Source: Lutibacter sp.
Lineage (GTDB): Bacteria; Bacteroidota; Bacteroidia; Flavobacteriales; Flavobacteriaceae
Assembly: GCA_032251275.1 (NCBI GenBank)
Contig: JAVVEF010000001.1
Location: 46,891-110,890, forward strand
DNA: 64,000 nt
Direction of reading: 5' to 3'
Shown here: piece by piece, positions 18,100-28,555 of the stretch
How positions within the stretch are numbered: the first letter of the stretch is position 1
Layout of the letters: the number at the start of each line of letters is the position of its first letter
The notes under the pieces: generated by a model
The model's input: the letters and a program-made list of their open reading frames with translations, nothing else
Told to the model about the DNA's origin: nothing
The model's database searches: none
Translations under genes and position numbers: made by a program

Positions 18100-18999
18100 T
18101 TAACTTTTGTGATAGTTCTCCCAGCGTCTTTGCTCCCTTCTAAGCAAAGATTCAAATTTATTCGGAATTTCAATTCTTAAGTTGATTTCTTTTGAAGTTT
18201 TTGGATGGCGATAAGTTATTTCCTGTGCGCATAAAAAAAGTCCTTTTCCCCTGTGAAGCATTTTTTCTTCCACATATAATTTGTCGCCAAAAATTGGATG
18301 ATTGATGCTTGCTAAATGAATGCGTATTTGATGTGTTCTTCCTGTTTTTGGAAAAACATTTAAAAGACTTAAATGTTCAAATCTTAAAGAGTTTACAACG
18401 GTAACGACTTCAAAATCAGTTTCGGCAGTTTTGTCTTCAATGGGCGAGTTTATTTTGCCATTTTTAAGCACTTTGCCAATCACAACCGTGCAATATTTTT
18501 TTTGAATGGTATGATTTTCAAATTGGTTCCCCAATGCAATTTGTGCGGTTTTTGTTTTGGCAATCAATAATATTCCCGTGGTTTGATTGTCCAATCTGTG
18601 CACCGGTGTTGGCCAGGAAAGCGCATCGGATTCAGTACTTTTTTCTAAATTAAAGGGCAATGCGTTGTAAATGGTTTTATAAGCATTTCCACTCACTGAA
18701 AATCCGGCCGGTTTATGAATCGTCGCCATATGATGGTCTTCAAACAAAATTTCTAAAGGTAGTTCAAATATTTTGGGTTGCGACTGCGGCGTTTCCAACA
18801 AATCGATTGTATGGCCAAATTGCACATAAGTTCCTGTTTGGGCAATTTCACCATTGATTAATAGTTGTCCGCGTTTGATGGCTTTTTTTATGCCTGCGTT
18901 TGACGGAATAAAATTGTAAAAAATGGTTGGTGCATAATTTTGCAGCCTAATATTTTCAATGCCTTTTGGGACAATATGTGAATGAAGTATGTAGATAAT
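18100..18999 (-). CDS. RluA-family pseudouridine synthase with N-terminal S4-like domain; start codon uncertain
   Basis: HKPAG, catalytic VHRLDNQTTG and GRTHQIRIHL. The frame is open upstream of GTG 18825 to the NUDIX stop and encodes IRLQNYA...GIKKAIKRGQLLING. Confidence 0.88.
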   Translation of the reverse strand: MIYILHSHIVPKGIENIRLQNYAPTIFYNFIPSNAGIKKAIKRGQLLINGEIAQTGTYVQFGHTIDLLETPQSQPKIFELPLEILFEDHHMATIHKPAGFSVSGNAYKTIYNALPFNLEKSTESDALSWPTPVHRLDNQTTGILLIAKTKTAQIALGNQFENHTIQKKYCTVVIGKVLKNGKINSPIEDKTAETDFEVVTVVNSLRFEHLSLLNVFPKTGRTHQIRIHLASINHPIFGDKLYVEEKMLHRGKGLFLCAQEITYRHPKTSKEINLRIEIPNKFESLLRREQRRWENYHKS

Positions 19000-19002
19000 A
19001 TT

Positions 19003-19389
19003 TTATAATAATTGGCGGTTCTTGTATAGCATTTCAATGATTTCCCGATAATCAAAAGCCAAATTCAGTTTTGAAGCTTCATCAAATGAAAACCAGTTGT
19101 AATCCAAAACTTCAAGTTCCTGAATTTTTATTTCTCCGGTCCAATTTCCAAGAAATCTGTAATATTTCCGGTCTTGCCAAATGCCGATTTTAATAATTTC
19201 GGTAGGTGTAAAGTCCAAATTGCATTCTTCCTTTACTTCACGTATCACATTTTGCTCGGCAGTTTCACCAATTTCGGCTCTTCCGCCCGGGCAACCCCAA
19301 TATTCCGGATAATTTTCAGTGTAATGGGAACGTTGCAACAACAGTATTTTTTTGTCTTGTAAAATTACGCCCGATGCGGCTAAAACCAT
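19003..19389 (-). CDS. NUDIX hydrolase
   Basis: Nudix box GGRAEIGETAEQNVIREVKEECNL; start MVLAASG, as the longer ORF overlaps the upstream gene. Confidence 0.92.
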   Translation of the reverse strand: MVLAASGVILQDKKILLLQRSHYTENYPEYWGCPGGRAEIGETAEQNVIREVKEECNLDFTPTEIIKIGIWQDRKYYRFLGNWTGEIKIQELEVLDYNWFSFDEASKLNLAFDYREIIEMLYKNRQLL

Positions 19390-19396
19390 AATCTCT

Positions 19397-20098
19397 TTAT
19401 TTTTTAATGATGCCAAGCGTGGCAGTTTCGCCGGTTGCCAAATTCCATTCCTTCGAAGAGATGATATTTCCCATAGCGTCATAAACAATCATTTCTGCAG
19501 TGTTCGGACCAGAATATCCTTGGTTTAAAGCCTGAAAATCTATTCTGTTAAAGCCTTCTTCTAAATTGAGATACACCACAAAATAATTTCCTTTTAACCC
19601 GATGTTGGTGCTCACAACTGTATTGTTCAGGTAAATTTGTATTCGGTCACCATCAACCAAACCAAAATCCCTGCATTCAATTTTAACTGTTTTTGTGGTG
19701 CTATTAACGGTTCCCAAACTAAAATTACTTTGCAATTTTTTATGGGTTACATCTTGTCCTTTCCAGTACTTTTTGCCGATAATGTCTTTGTCTTCCGGCA
19801 ATGTTTCCATTAAAAAGTTATGATTTTTAGAATTGGATTTATTTTGTTCCAAGTTTTTATCAATGGCGCTTGTGTTTAATTTCTCATCGATTTTAAAATC
19901 AAGATTTTGAGCCGGAGGTGCTATTTTATTATTTTCAAAAGTGGCTTTTATGGGTGTTTTGCTTTTAAGGGTACCAGCTTGGTCATCCATTTTTAGGGGC
20001 TTGCTGGCAGATTTTCCGGAATCAGTTTGTGAAAATAAATTTACCGAGAAACAGCTTATAAAAAGTGTAAAGAGAATTAAGTTTAAGTTGTTGCTCAT
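19397..20098 (-). CDS. Secreted hypothetical protein (Flavobacteria-type C-terminal beta domain)
   Basis: Signal peptide and RDFGLVDGDRI...LEEGFNRIDFQALNQG.SGPNTA. Confidence 0.65.
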   Translation of the reverse strand: MSNNLNLILFTLFISCFSVNLFSQTDSGKSASKPLKMDDQAGTLKSKTPIKATFENNKIAPPAQNLDFKIDEKLNTSAIDKNLEQNKSNSKNHNFLMETLPEDKDIIGKKYWKGQDVTHKKLQSNFSLGTVNSTTKTVKIECRDFGLVDGDRIQIYLNNTVVSTNIGLKGNYFVVYLNLEEGFNRIDFQALNQGYSGPNTAEMIVYDAMGNIISSKEWNLATGETATLGIIKK

Positions 20099-20177
20099 TT
20101 TCAGTTTTAATTTCATAGACAGCTGCAAAAAAAATGCCAAGTATTGTAAATTATTAATATGCTGATAAAAGTAATAA

Positions 20178-20207
20178 AAAATGCCCCAATAACTATTGAG
20201 GCATTTT
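20178..20207 (-). terminator. Intrinsic terminator of htpG
   Basis: Minus strand AAAATGCCTCAATA-GT-TATTGGGGCATTTT followed by U-run. Confidence 0.7.
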
Positions 20208-20237
20208 ACTAATTGTTTGTTAAACTATTTTGAATTG

Positions 20238-22127
20238 CTATTTAATCAGCTCGAAACTTCGTTTGATAAAATTGGTCAAATCTTCACCGTGCAATAAATT
20301 TTGGGAAAGTTTTGCCAAGTCAAACGCCTGTTTAATTAACGCTTCCTGTTTCTTTTTGGTTTTTGTGGCCAAAATTTTACCAACCAATTCATTGTTGGTA
20401 TTCACCACCAAATTGTACATATCTGGAAAATTGCCCATTCCCATAAATCCACCGCCACCTGTCGCCTGCATTTCTTTCATCCGACGCATAAACTCTGGTT
20501 GTGTAATGATAAACGGGTTTGCCAATGAATCCATCGCTTCCATTTGAACCGAATAGGTTTTTGTTGGAATTATTTCTTCAATAATCGGTTTTAATTCGGC
20601 TATTTCGTCATCGGAAAGTTTGCTTATTTTGACTTCGTCTTTTTTAATTAAATTGTCAATTTGATCAGCATCAACGCGCGCAAAATGGATATTTTCTTTC
20701 GAACCTTCCAGTTTTTGAATCAAGTGAGAAACAATTGGGGAATCCAGTAACAAAACTTCATAGCCTTTTTCTTTTGCGGCATCAATATAACTGTGCTGCG
20801 CTTTTTCGTTTGAGGCATATAAAATAACCAGTTTGTTGTCTTTATCTGTTTGAAGTGGTTTAATTTTTTCTTCCAATTCTTCAAAAGTAAAATAGGTTCC
20901 GTCAACCGTTGGATATAGGGCAAATTTATCCGATTTTTCAAAGAATTTATCCTCGGAAAGCATTCCGTATTCAATAATTATTTTGATGTCGTTCCATTTT
21001 TCTTCAAAAGCCTTGCGGTCATTTTTGAACAGGCTGATTAATTTATCGGCCACTTTTCGCGTGATGTAGCTCGCTATTTTTTTAACGGCCGCATCGCTTT
21101 GCAAATACGAACGGGAAACATTCAAAGGAATATCCGGAGAATCAATCACACCACGAAGCATCTGTAAAAAGTCGGGCACAATTCCTTCCACATTGTCGGT
21201 TACAAATACCTGATTTTGATACAATTGAATCTTATCTTTCATTTGATCAATATTTTTGGTCAGCTTTGGAAAATATAAAATTCCGGTTAAATTAAACGGA
21301 TAATCAACATTTAAATGAATATTAAACAAAGGTTCTTCAAATTGCATTGGATACAATTCCCTATAAAAATCAGCGTAATCTTCCTCCGTTAAATCAGCAG
21401 GATTTTTTGTCCATGCCGGATTTGGGTTGTTTACAATATTGTCAACCGTAATTTTTTCCGGTTTTGCATCTTCAGGAGCCCCTTCAGACAAAGGCAAGGT
21501 TTCTTCACGCGTTCCAAATTTAATTGGAATTGGCATAAACTTGCTGTATTTGTTCAACAATTGCGTAATTCTGTTTTCCTCCAAAAATTCTGTGGAATCA
21601 TCGGCAATGTGCAACACAATTTCAGTTCCGCGCTCTGGTTTGTCAATTTCTTCCAGGATATATTGTGGACTTCCGTCGCATTCCCATCGCACTGCTTTTG
21701 CATCTTCCTGAAATGATTTGGTGAAAATTTCCACTTTTTCGGCAACCATAAAAGAAGAATAGAAGCCCAATCCGAAGTGACCGATAATACCGGTATCTTC
21801 AACTTTGTCTTTGTATTTTTCAACAAATTCTTCAGCACCCGAAAAAGCGATTTGGTTGATGTATTTTTTAACTTCATCGCCCGTCATTCCAACTCCCTGG
21901 TCAATAATCCTGATTTCCTTTTTTTCTTTATCTACTTTTATTTCAATCATAGGATTTCCAATATCGCCCTTAATTTCTCCTAAAGTGGATAAATGTTTTA
22001 ATTTCAACGTAGCATCCGTTGCATTTGAAATCAACTCACGCAAAAATATTTCGTGATCAGAATACAAGAATTTTTTAATAATGGGAAAAATATTTTCAGC
22101 CGTTACTTTAATACTTCCTTTTGCCAT
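20238..22127 (-). CDS. htpG: Hsp90 chaperone HtpG
   Basis: LYSDHEIFLRELISNATDA, DQGVGM and GHFGLGFYS. Confidence 0.98.
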   Translation of the reverse strand: MAKGSIKVTAENIFPIIKKFLYSDHEIFLRELISNATDATLKLKHLSTLGEIKGDIGNPMIEIKVDKEKKEIRIIDQGVGMTGDEVKKYINQIAFSGAEEFVEKYKDKVEDTGIIGHFGLGFYSSFMVAEKVEIFTKSFQEDAKAVRWECDGSPQYILEEIDKPERGTEIVLHIADDSTEFLEENRITQLLNKYSKFMPIPIKFGTREETLPLSEGAPEDAKPEKITVDNIVNNPNPAWTKNPADLTEEDYADFYRELYPMQFEEPLFNIHLNVDYPFNLTGILYFPKLTKNIDQMKDKIQLYQNQVFVTDNVEGIVPDFLQMLRGVIDSPDIPLNVSRSYLQSDAAVKKIASYITRKVADKLISLFKNDRKAFEEKWNDIKIIIEYGMLSEDKFFEKSDKFALYPTVDGTYFTFEELEEKIKPLQTDKDNKLVILYASNEKAQHSYIDAAKEKGYEVLLLDSPIVSHLIQKLEGSKENIHFARVDADQIDNLIKKDEVKISKLSDDEIAELKPIIEEIIPTKTYSVQMEAMDSLANPFIITQPEFMRRMKEMQATGGGGFMGMGNFPDMYNLVVNTNNELVGKILATKTKKKQEALIKQAFDLAKLSQNLLHGEDLTNFIKRSFELIK

Positions 22128-22275
22128 ATCTTTTAGTTTTTGATTTATAATTTACCAACTATTATAGTCAAAAAAAATACCAAAGTGCTAAAGGTGACAA
22201 ATTGGCAATTTTAAATGTTGAATTCGGATAATTATGTATATTCGTTTTTAGAATTTTTATTGATGAATTAAAAAA

Positions 22276-23871
22276 ATGGCACAACTTGATTTTGATTATG
22301 TGATTATTGGCAGCGGATTTGGCGGGTCGGTAAGTGCTTTGCGACTTTCAGAAAAAGGTTACAAAGTTTTGGTTATTGAAAAAGGGAAATGGTTTACCGG
22401 CAAAGATTTTCCCAAAACCAACTGGAATTTAAAAAAGTGGTTGTGGCAGCCAAATATGAAGTTGTTTGGGTTTTTTAAAATGACCTTTTTAAACCACGTC
22501 ACGGTTTTATCGGGCGTTGGTGTTGGCGGCGGATCACTGACTTATGCCAATACACTGCCAGTTCCAAAAACAAATTTTTTCACCTCGGGAAGTTGGGCAA
22601 CTTTAAACAATTGGGAAGAAGCACTGAAACCGCATTACGAAACCGCTTACAAAATGCTGGGGGCGGCAACAAACCCTTCATTTTTTGAAGCAGATGAAAC
22701 CCTGCGGAAATTGGCCAATGAAATAGGTAAAGAAAATGCTTTTGAAGCGACAAATGTGGCAGTTTATTTTGGAGAGGCAGGAAGAACTGTAGAAGATCCA
22801 TATTTTGAAGGAAAAGGTCCGGACAGAACCGGTTGCGTTTTTTGTGGTGCTTGTATGACTGGTTGCCGGTACAATGCAAAAAACACGTTGGATAAGAATT
22901 ATTTGTATTTAGCGCAACAGTTGGGCACAGAAATCTTGGCCGAAAAAGAAGTGGTTGATGTGACAGTTTTAGGCACTGAAGATGGTGCTGACGGGTACAA
23001 AATTGAATTTATTTCGAGTATCGGAAAAAAAGAAAAAGCCAGTGTTACATCAAAAGGCGTTATTTTTTCAGGCGGCGTTGTGGGTACGGTGCCTTTGCTT
23101 TTAAAACTGAAAAAGAAATCGCTGCCACATTTGTCGGAAATGGTTGGTTGTGCTATAAGAACCAACAACGAATCGTTGATGCTGGTGACTTCAACCAATA
23201 AAAATTTCAAAGATTTTTCCAAAGGAATTGCCATTGGCTCAATTTTACAAACCAGTGAAAATTCGCATTTGGAACCGGTACGTTATGGTGAAGGTTCCGC
23301 TTTTTTCCGAACAATGACCATTCCTGTAATTTTCAGTAAATATGCCATATTAAGACTTTTGGGTGTTTTGTTTTTATTGCTCAAATTCCCAATAAAGTTG
23401 TTGAAAACAGTTTTTGCCAAAAATTATTCAAAACGTACTTCCGTTTTATTGTTTATGGAATCGGCTGACAGCACCATTCGGCTAAAACTTGGAAAATTAA
23501 CAAAAATGAAAACTGTGGGCGAAATGGGAGCAAAACCATCGGGAATTATTCCGGAAGCATTCGGTTTAAGCAAAAAATACGGCAAAATTGTGAACGGAAT
23601 TCCTTTCGGAAATTTTGTGGATGTTCTGCTGGGAACGCCAACAACAGCTCATATTTTGGGTGGCGCGGTAATGGGAGAAGACAGTTCCAAAGGCGTTATC
23701 GACAAAAATAATCGGGTTTTTGGTTATGAAAATATGTTTGTTTGCGATGGTTCTATGATTTCGGCAAATCCGGGCGTTAATCCGTCTTTGACTATTACGG
23801 CAATTACAGAATATGCAATGGGCAGGATTGAAAGAAAAAATCTGAAGACCGAAGACAGAAGTCCGAAGTAA
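22276..23871 (+). CDS. GMC-family flavin oxidoreductase, cholesterol-oxidase-like
   Basis: GSGFGGSV Rossmann motif, GVGGGSLTYAN, CVFCGACMTGC, TAHILGG and GVNPSLTITA. Confidence 0.88.
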   Translation: MAQLDFDYVIIGSGFGGSVSALRLSEKGYKVLVIEKGKWFTGKDFPKTNWNLKKWLWQPNMKLFGFFKMTFLNHVTVLSGVGVGGGSLTYANTLPVPKTNFFTSGSWATLNNWEEALKPHYETAYKMLGAATNPSFFEADETLRKLANEIGKENAFEATNVAVYFGEAGRTVEDPYFEGKGPDRTGCVFCGACMTGCRYNAKNTLDKNYLYLAQQLGTEILAEKEVVDVTVLGTEDGADGYKIEFISSIGKKEKASVTSKGVIFSGGVVGTVPLLLKLKKKSLPHLSEMVGCAIRTNNESLMLVTSTNKNFKDFSKGIAIGSILQTSENSHLEPVRYGEGSAFFRTMTIPVIFSKYAILRLLGVLFLLLKFPIKLLKTVFAKNYSKRTSVLLFMESADSTIRLKLGKLTKMKTVGEMGAKPSGIIPEAFGLSKKYGKIVNGIPFGNFVDVLLGTPTTAHILGGAVMGEDSSKGVIDKNNRVFGYENMFVCDGSMISANPGVNPSLTITAITEYAMGRIERKNLKTEDRSPK

Positions 23872-24168
23872 AATGTTAAAAGTTGAAAAATCACTTCACA
23901 AAATAAAAAATAACTGCGTGATTTTTTTGATTTTAATATCGATGGACGAAAAAAGTCAATCAAAAAGGTTTGTCCGTTTTTATTTTTTTGTTGACTATCG
24001 TATTTATATAAATTAAAATTTAACGGTTATGTATTGACAATATATGAGTTAAGTTTTATGTTTTAGAAAAAACAGGCAATAAAATAGTTATGAACATCGT
24101 AAAATTAATGTTGTAATTAGTTTTTGATTTTAGTAAGTTTGAATAAATATACCAAAAAAGCAAAGTTT

Positions 24169-25176
24169 ATGTATAATTCTAAAATAACAGGTCTGGGGTT
24201 CTACGTTCCTGACAATATTGTCACCAATGATGATTTATCCAAAATGATGGATACCAATGATGAATGGATTCAGGAAAGAACGGGAATTAAAGAGCGAAGA
24301 TGGATAAAAGAAGGAAGTGATGACAGCTCTTCCGTGATGGGCGCAAAAGCTGCACGAATTGCCATTGAAAGAGCCGGACTTACCAAAGATGATATTGATT
24401 TTATTGTTTTTGCAACCTTGAGCCCCGATTATTATTTTCCTGGATGTGGCGTTCAATTGCAGGAAATGCTTGATATGAGGACAATTGGCGCGCTTGATAT
24501 CAGAAACCAATGTTCAGGTTTTGTGTACGCGCTTTCTGTTGCTGATCAATTTATCAAAACTGGTATGTATAAAAATGTGTTGGTGGTTGGCGCTGAATTT
24601 CATTCGGGCGGATTGGATAAAACCGACAGAGGCCGAGGCGTTACGGTAATTTTTGGCGATGGGGCAGGAGCAGCAGTATTGTCGAGAACTGAAGACAATA
24701 ACAAAGGAATTTTGTCCACCCATTTGCATTCCGAAGGAAAACACGCCAAAGAATTAATTGTGGCTGCGCCGAGCATTAAGCATTGGGTGCCTGAAATTTT
24801 AGAAGCCAATGATGAAAATGATGAATCGTACTTTCCCTATATGAATGGAACTTTTGTGTTTAAGCATGCTATTGTGCGATTTGCAGAAGTAATTAACGAG
24901 GGATTGCAGGCAAATAATTTACAGACATCGGATATTGATTTGTTTATTCCTCATCAGGCAAATTTGCGCATTTCTCAGTTTGTTCAGAAAAAATTTGGAT
25001 TGAATGATGATCAGGTGTATAACAATATTATGCAATATGGAAATACCACAGCAGCATCTATAGCGATTGCACTTACCGAAGCTTGGGAAAAGGGAAAAAT
25101 AAAAGACAATGATCTTGTTGTTTTGGCAGCTTTCGGAAGCGGATTTACCTGGGGAAGTGTGATAATTAGGTGGTAA
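24169..25176 (+). CDS. fabH: 3-oxoacyl-ACP synthase III family
   Basis: Catalytic C (NQCSGF), H (PHQAN) and N (YGNTTAAS); FGSGFTWG. Confidence 0.92.
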   Translation: MYNSKITGLGFYVPDNIVTNDDLSKMMDTNDEWIQERTGIKERRWIKEGSDDSSSVMGAKAARIAIERAGLTKDDIDFIVFATLSPDYYFPGCGVQLQEMLDMRTIGALDIRNQCSGFVYALSVADQFIKTGMYKNVLVVGAEFHSGGLDKTDRGRGVTVIFGDGAGAAVLSRTEDNNKGILSTHLHSEGKHAKELIVAAPSIKHWVPEILEANDENDESYFPYMNGTFVFKHAIVRFAEVINEGLQANNLQTSDIDLFIPHQANLRISQFVQKKFGLNDDQVYNNIMQYGNTTAASIAIALTEAWEKGKIKDNDLVVLAAFGSGFTWGSVIIRW

Positions 25177-25178
25177 AA

Positions 25179-25264
25179 AAGTCAGAAGTCAGAAGTCCGA
25201 AGCTCAAAGTTGAAAAGTTAATCAAATCAAACCCCCTTTCCTTCGGAAAGGGCTGGGGATAGGA
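25179..25264 (+). repeat. Heptamer array plus REP-like hairpin after fabH
   Basis: AAGTCAG AAGTCAG AAGTCCG AAG (25179-25202); CCCTTTCC-TTC-GGAAAGGG-CTGGGGATAGG (25234-25263). Confidence 0.6.
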
Positions 25265-25272
25265 GAAAAATC

Positions 25273-25306
25273 AAAAGCCTCTAAAACGCAAGTTTAGAGG
25301 CTTTTT
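25273..25306. terminator. Intrinsic terminator
   Basis: AAAAGCCTCTAAA-N7-TTTAGAGGCTTTTT. Confidence 0.75.
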
Positions 25307-25475
25307 CAAAAAGACTATCAATTAACTAATTCAAATAATTATAAATATTCTTTTATATGTTTTAAGCATTTACATGCTTTTTGTGTTCGTAATGTTTACC
25401 CTGCAAATTTAAGGCTTTAACGCGTTTAACTTGTTAAAAGATAGTTAATTAAATGTAAACAAATTCACAAAGTTT

Positions 25476-27920
25476 TTACATAAATCCGCCACTGCCTTGG
25501 GTTTCATTGTTGTCTCTTACTTTACGGCTTTTCGCACTATTTTTTCCGCCGCCAAATTTGTACATAAATCCAACGTAAGCTGTTCTGCTTTCCCAGTTAA
25601 ATTGTCCTGACTGCGGATAAGGATTTTCTGATTCAAATTTGAATTTCATTCCTTCAAAAATATCATTAACCCTTGAACTGATGGAACCTTTTCCTTTAAG
25701 CACATTTAAACTGGCGCCTGTATTAATCATCCACATAGGATCTGTTTTAAACTGGATGGATTCTCCGCCGCCTCGGTACATTCCAAACAATTGAAAACGC
25801 AAATTTTTGGTGGCCGTAAAATTGTTGTTCACCCTAAAATTAAAGGAATTGTTGGTTACTTCAAGCTGATCGCCGTTGGCAATTCCACTTTCTTTTTGCG
25901 TATATAAATCGAAACTGGCATTCACTTTCCACCAAGTTGCTATTTTGTGATTGCTGGATAATTCCACCCCATATCTGTTATTGCTTTCTGTATTTGTGTA
26001 GGACATTTCCACTTTGTCTTCATCTAAAGGGTCAACATTCAGGATTCTGGTAATGTTATCGTTCACCCTTCTGAAAAATGTTCCAAAAGTAACAGAACCA
26101 TCCTTGTATTGTCGTGTATAGTTCAATTCGTAGGAATTGGTGAATTGTGGTTTAAGGTTTGGATTTCCTACAGAAGTAACTGTTGGCGTGCTCCATTCTC
26201 TAATTGGATTTACCTGGCCAATTGACGGACGGTCTACCCTGCGGCTATAACTTAACTGAAATTGGTCTTTTTCATTGGCATTGTAGGTGAAAAATGCGGA
26301 TGGATAAACTGTAAAAATTTCATCTTTGTAAGTCGCAGTTTCTGTACTTTTAACAAAAGTGCCAGCCACTTCATACTGTTCTAATCGTGCGCCCAATTGC
26401 ACGGCCAATTTGTTGAAAGTCTGATTGAAGTTTGCATAACCTGAATAAATTTTCCGGTCATATTCAAAGGATGAATTTCCTTTTGGCGAAGTTTCATACC
26501 AACCATTTCCATCGTCGATTAAATCACCGTTTGCGTCGTACACAAATTCGTGCTGGCTGGTGACATTGTTATTTTTGGTATCTTCCATTCTGGCTTCCAA
26601 GCCTAATTCCATTTTGGAATTTTCTGAAATTGGGTTGGTGTAATCCAGGTTGATAAGGTTTGTATTTCGATCATTTGTCACGATGTCGTTGTAATTTGAA
26701 ATCAGATTATTTGGACGAATGGTTTCTTTATACAACGCATTTTCCGGACTGTCACTGTTTGAAAAATTTGCTTCCAACTACAAATTATGGCCTTTCTTAT
26801 CAAAATTTAGGCTGTAATTAAAATTATAGGCGGCTGAATTGTTGTCGCCTTTAACCATATTTAAGCTGTTGCTGTTCAAAATATTGTTATAAAATACGGT
26901 GGTGTTTCCGTCAGATTGTGAATTTGACACATTTTGGGTTGTGTAGAAGGACAACGTGTTTTTATCATTCAAATAAACATCGGCACCCAATTTCAGCAAA
27001 TGAGAAGTTCGGTCACTTTCATTCAAAAAGTTTTGCACGGAATTGTTGTCGTATCGGAACATTTTTCCTCCCATTTCACTTTTGCCGTCGTTCACCCCAT
27101 AATTTGAAAAGAAATTCACTTTTCCGGTTTTAAAATTCATATCCAAAGAACCATTAAATCGGTTATGTATACCTGAAGTTATTCCCGTGTTTACGGTGGC
27201 ATTAAATCCTAAATTCGAATTTTTATGCAGGACAATGTTTATAATTCCGCTCATTCCTTCCGGATTGTATTTTGCTGATGGATTGGTGATTAACTCAATA
27301 CTTTTAATGGAGGTTGAAGGAATTTGTCTTAACAGTTGCGCCGAATCAATATTCGATGGTTTTCCATCAACCAAAATGCGTACATTGTCATTTCCGCGCA
27401 AACTTATGTTGCCGGTTTGGCTATCGACCGAAACGGATTGCACATTGTTCAACAGTTCCGAAGCTGTTGCGCCGGCAGAAGTTAAATCCTTTCCGACATT
27501 GATTACTTTTCTGTCGATTTTTTGCGTTACCGTTGAAGTTTCAGCTACCACCAGCACTTCATCCAATTGTGCCGCTTCTTCTTTTAGTGCAATAACTCCC
27601 AAATTAATGTTGGTGTTTAGTTTGGTAATATTTATTTTCTTGGTTTCGGTTTTGTAACCAATAAACTGAATTTCAACATTATTTTCACCTTCAGGAATTT
27701 GTTTGATGGAAAAATCCCCATTGGCATCGGTTATGCCACCAGTGGTAGATTTATTTCCGGCATCTTTAATAACAATGCTTACATAAGGTAAGGCCTGTTT
27801 TGTGGTTTCGTCAATCACTTTTCCTGTAACTACGCCAGTTTTCGGATTGTCATTTGAAGGAAGTTGTGCGGAAATTGTTAATGATAGGAATAGACTGCTT
27901 AATACTATTAATTTTTTCAT
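25476..27920 (-). pseudogene. TonB-dependent receptor (outer-membrane beta-barrel family) interrupted by one in-frame TAG at 26780-26778
   Basis: The 380-aa ORF (signal peptide, carboxypeptidase-reg-like domain, plug) and the 433-aa ORF (barrel) share a frame: CAT AAT TTG TAG TTG GAA GCA. Confidence 0.85.
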
Positions 27921-28109
27921 TTTAGTAGGTAGTAATTTTTGTTAGTAGTGTTGGTTATTATAAAAATTAAATTTCGTTGCGCTGTTGTTTGTTGTTTTCG
28001 TTTTTTATTTTGAATTGTCTTATTTTTATTTTGACAGCTTTCGTTTTTAATAGACTACAAACTTTATATTATGTTACACTTTTCCCAAAACTTTAGCTAA
28101 TTTTGTTGA

Positions 28110-28472
28110 ATGATAAAAAAAACATTGGTTATTGGAGCTTCTACAAATCCAAGTAGGTATTCTTATATGGCTATTCAACAGTTAATAGCCAACGGGCATC
28201 TGGTAATTGGAATTGGAAAAAAAGAAGGGGAAGTTAACGGGGTGAAAATTACTGCCAACAAAATATTGTTCAAAGATGTGGATACAGTAACTCTTTATCT
28301 GAACAAGAAAAATCAACAAGAGTATTATAACTACATCATTAGTTTGAATCCAAAAAGAGTTCTTTTTAATCCGGGTACCGAAAATGAGGAATTACAAAAT
28401 TTACTGACAAAACACCATATTGCATTTGAGGAAGCGTGTACGTTGGTGTTGCTGAGTATTGGAAAATATTAA
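28110..28472 (+). CDS. CoA-binding protein (YccU-like)
   Basis: TLVIGASTNPSRYS, DTVTLYL and PKRVLFNPGTEN...ACTLVLL. Confidence 0.92.
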   Translation: MIKKTLVIGASTNPSRYSYMAIQQLIANGHLVIGIGKKEGEVNGVKITANKILFKDVDTVTLYLNKKNQQEYYNYIISLNPKRVLFNPGTENEELQNLLTKHHIAFEEACTLVLLSIGKY

Positions 28473-28494
28473 ATAGGATATTATTGCTGCCCCA

Positions 28495-28531
28495 AAAAAG
28501 GCTGAAGTAATTTTTATGCTTCAGCCTTTTT
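28495..28531. terminator. Bidirectional intrinsic terminator
   Basis: AAAAAGGCTGAAG-N11-CTTCAGCCTTTTT between convergent genes. Confidence 0.8.
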
Positions 28532-28555
28532 ATCTTTTTTGTTAAAACTGCTTTT

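Noticed and set aside
19397-19488. Long N-terminal extensions given by the ORF track (NUDIX from 19488; likewise SPFH 17129, DUF4177 16227, porin 3669, dpp11 12863, fabH 24124)
   Set aside because: The extensions overlap neighbouring genes or promoter boxes; downstream ATGs give normal N-termini or signal peptides
26778-26780. Genome-wide TAG recoding or pyrrolysine insertion
   Set aside because: TAG terminates other genes here (43972, 59518), there are no pyl genes in the window, and only one internal TAG was seen
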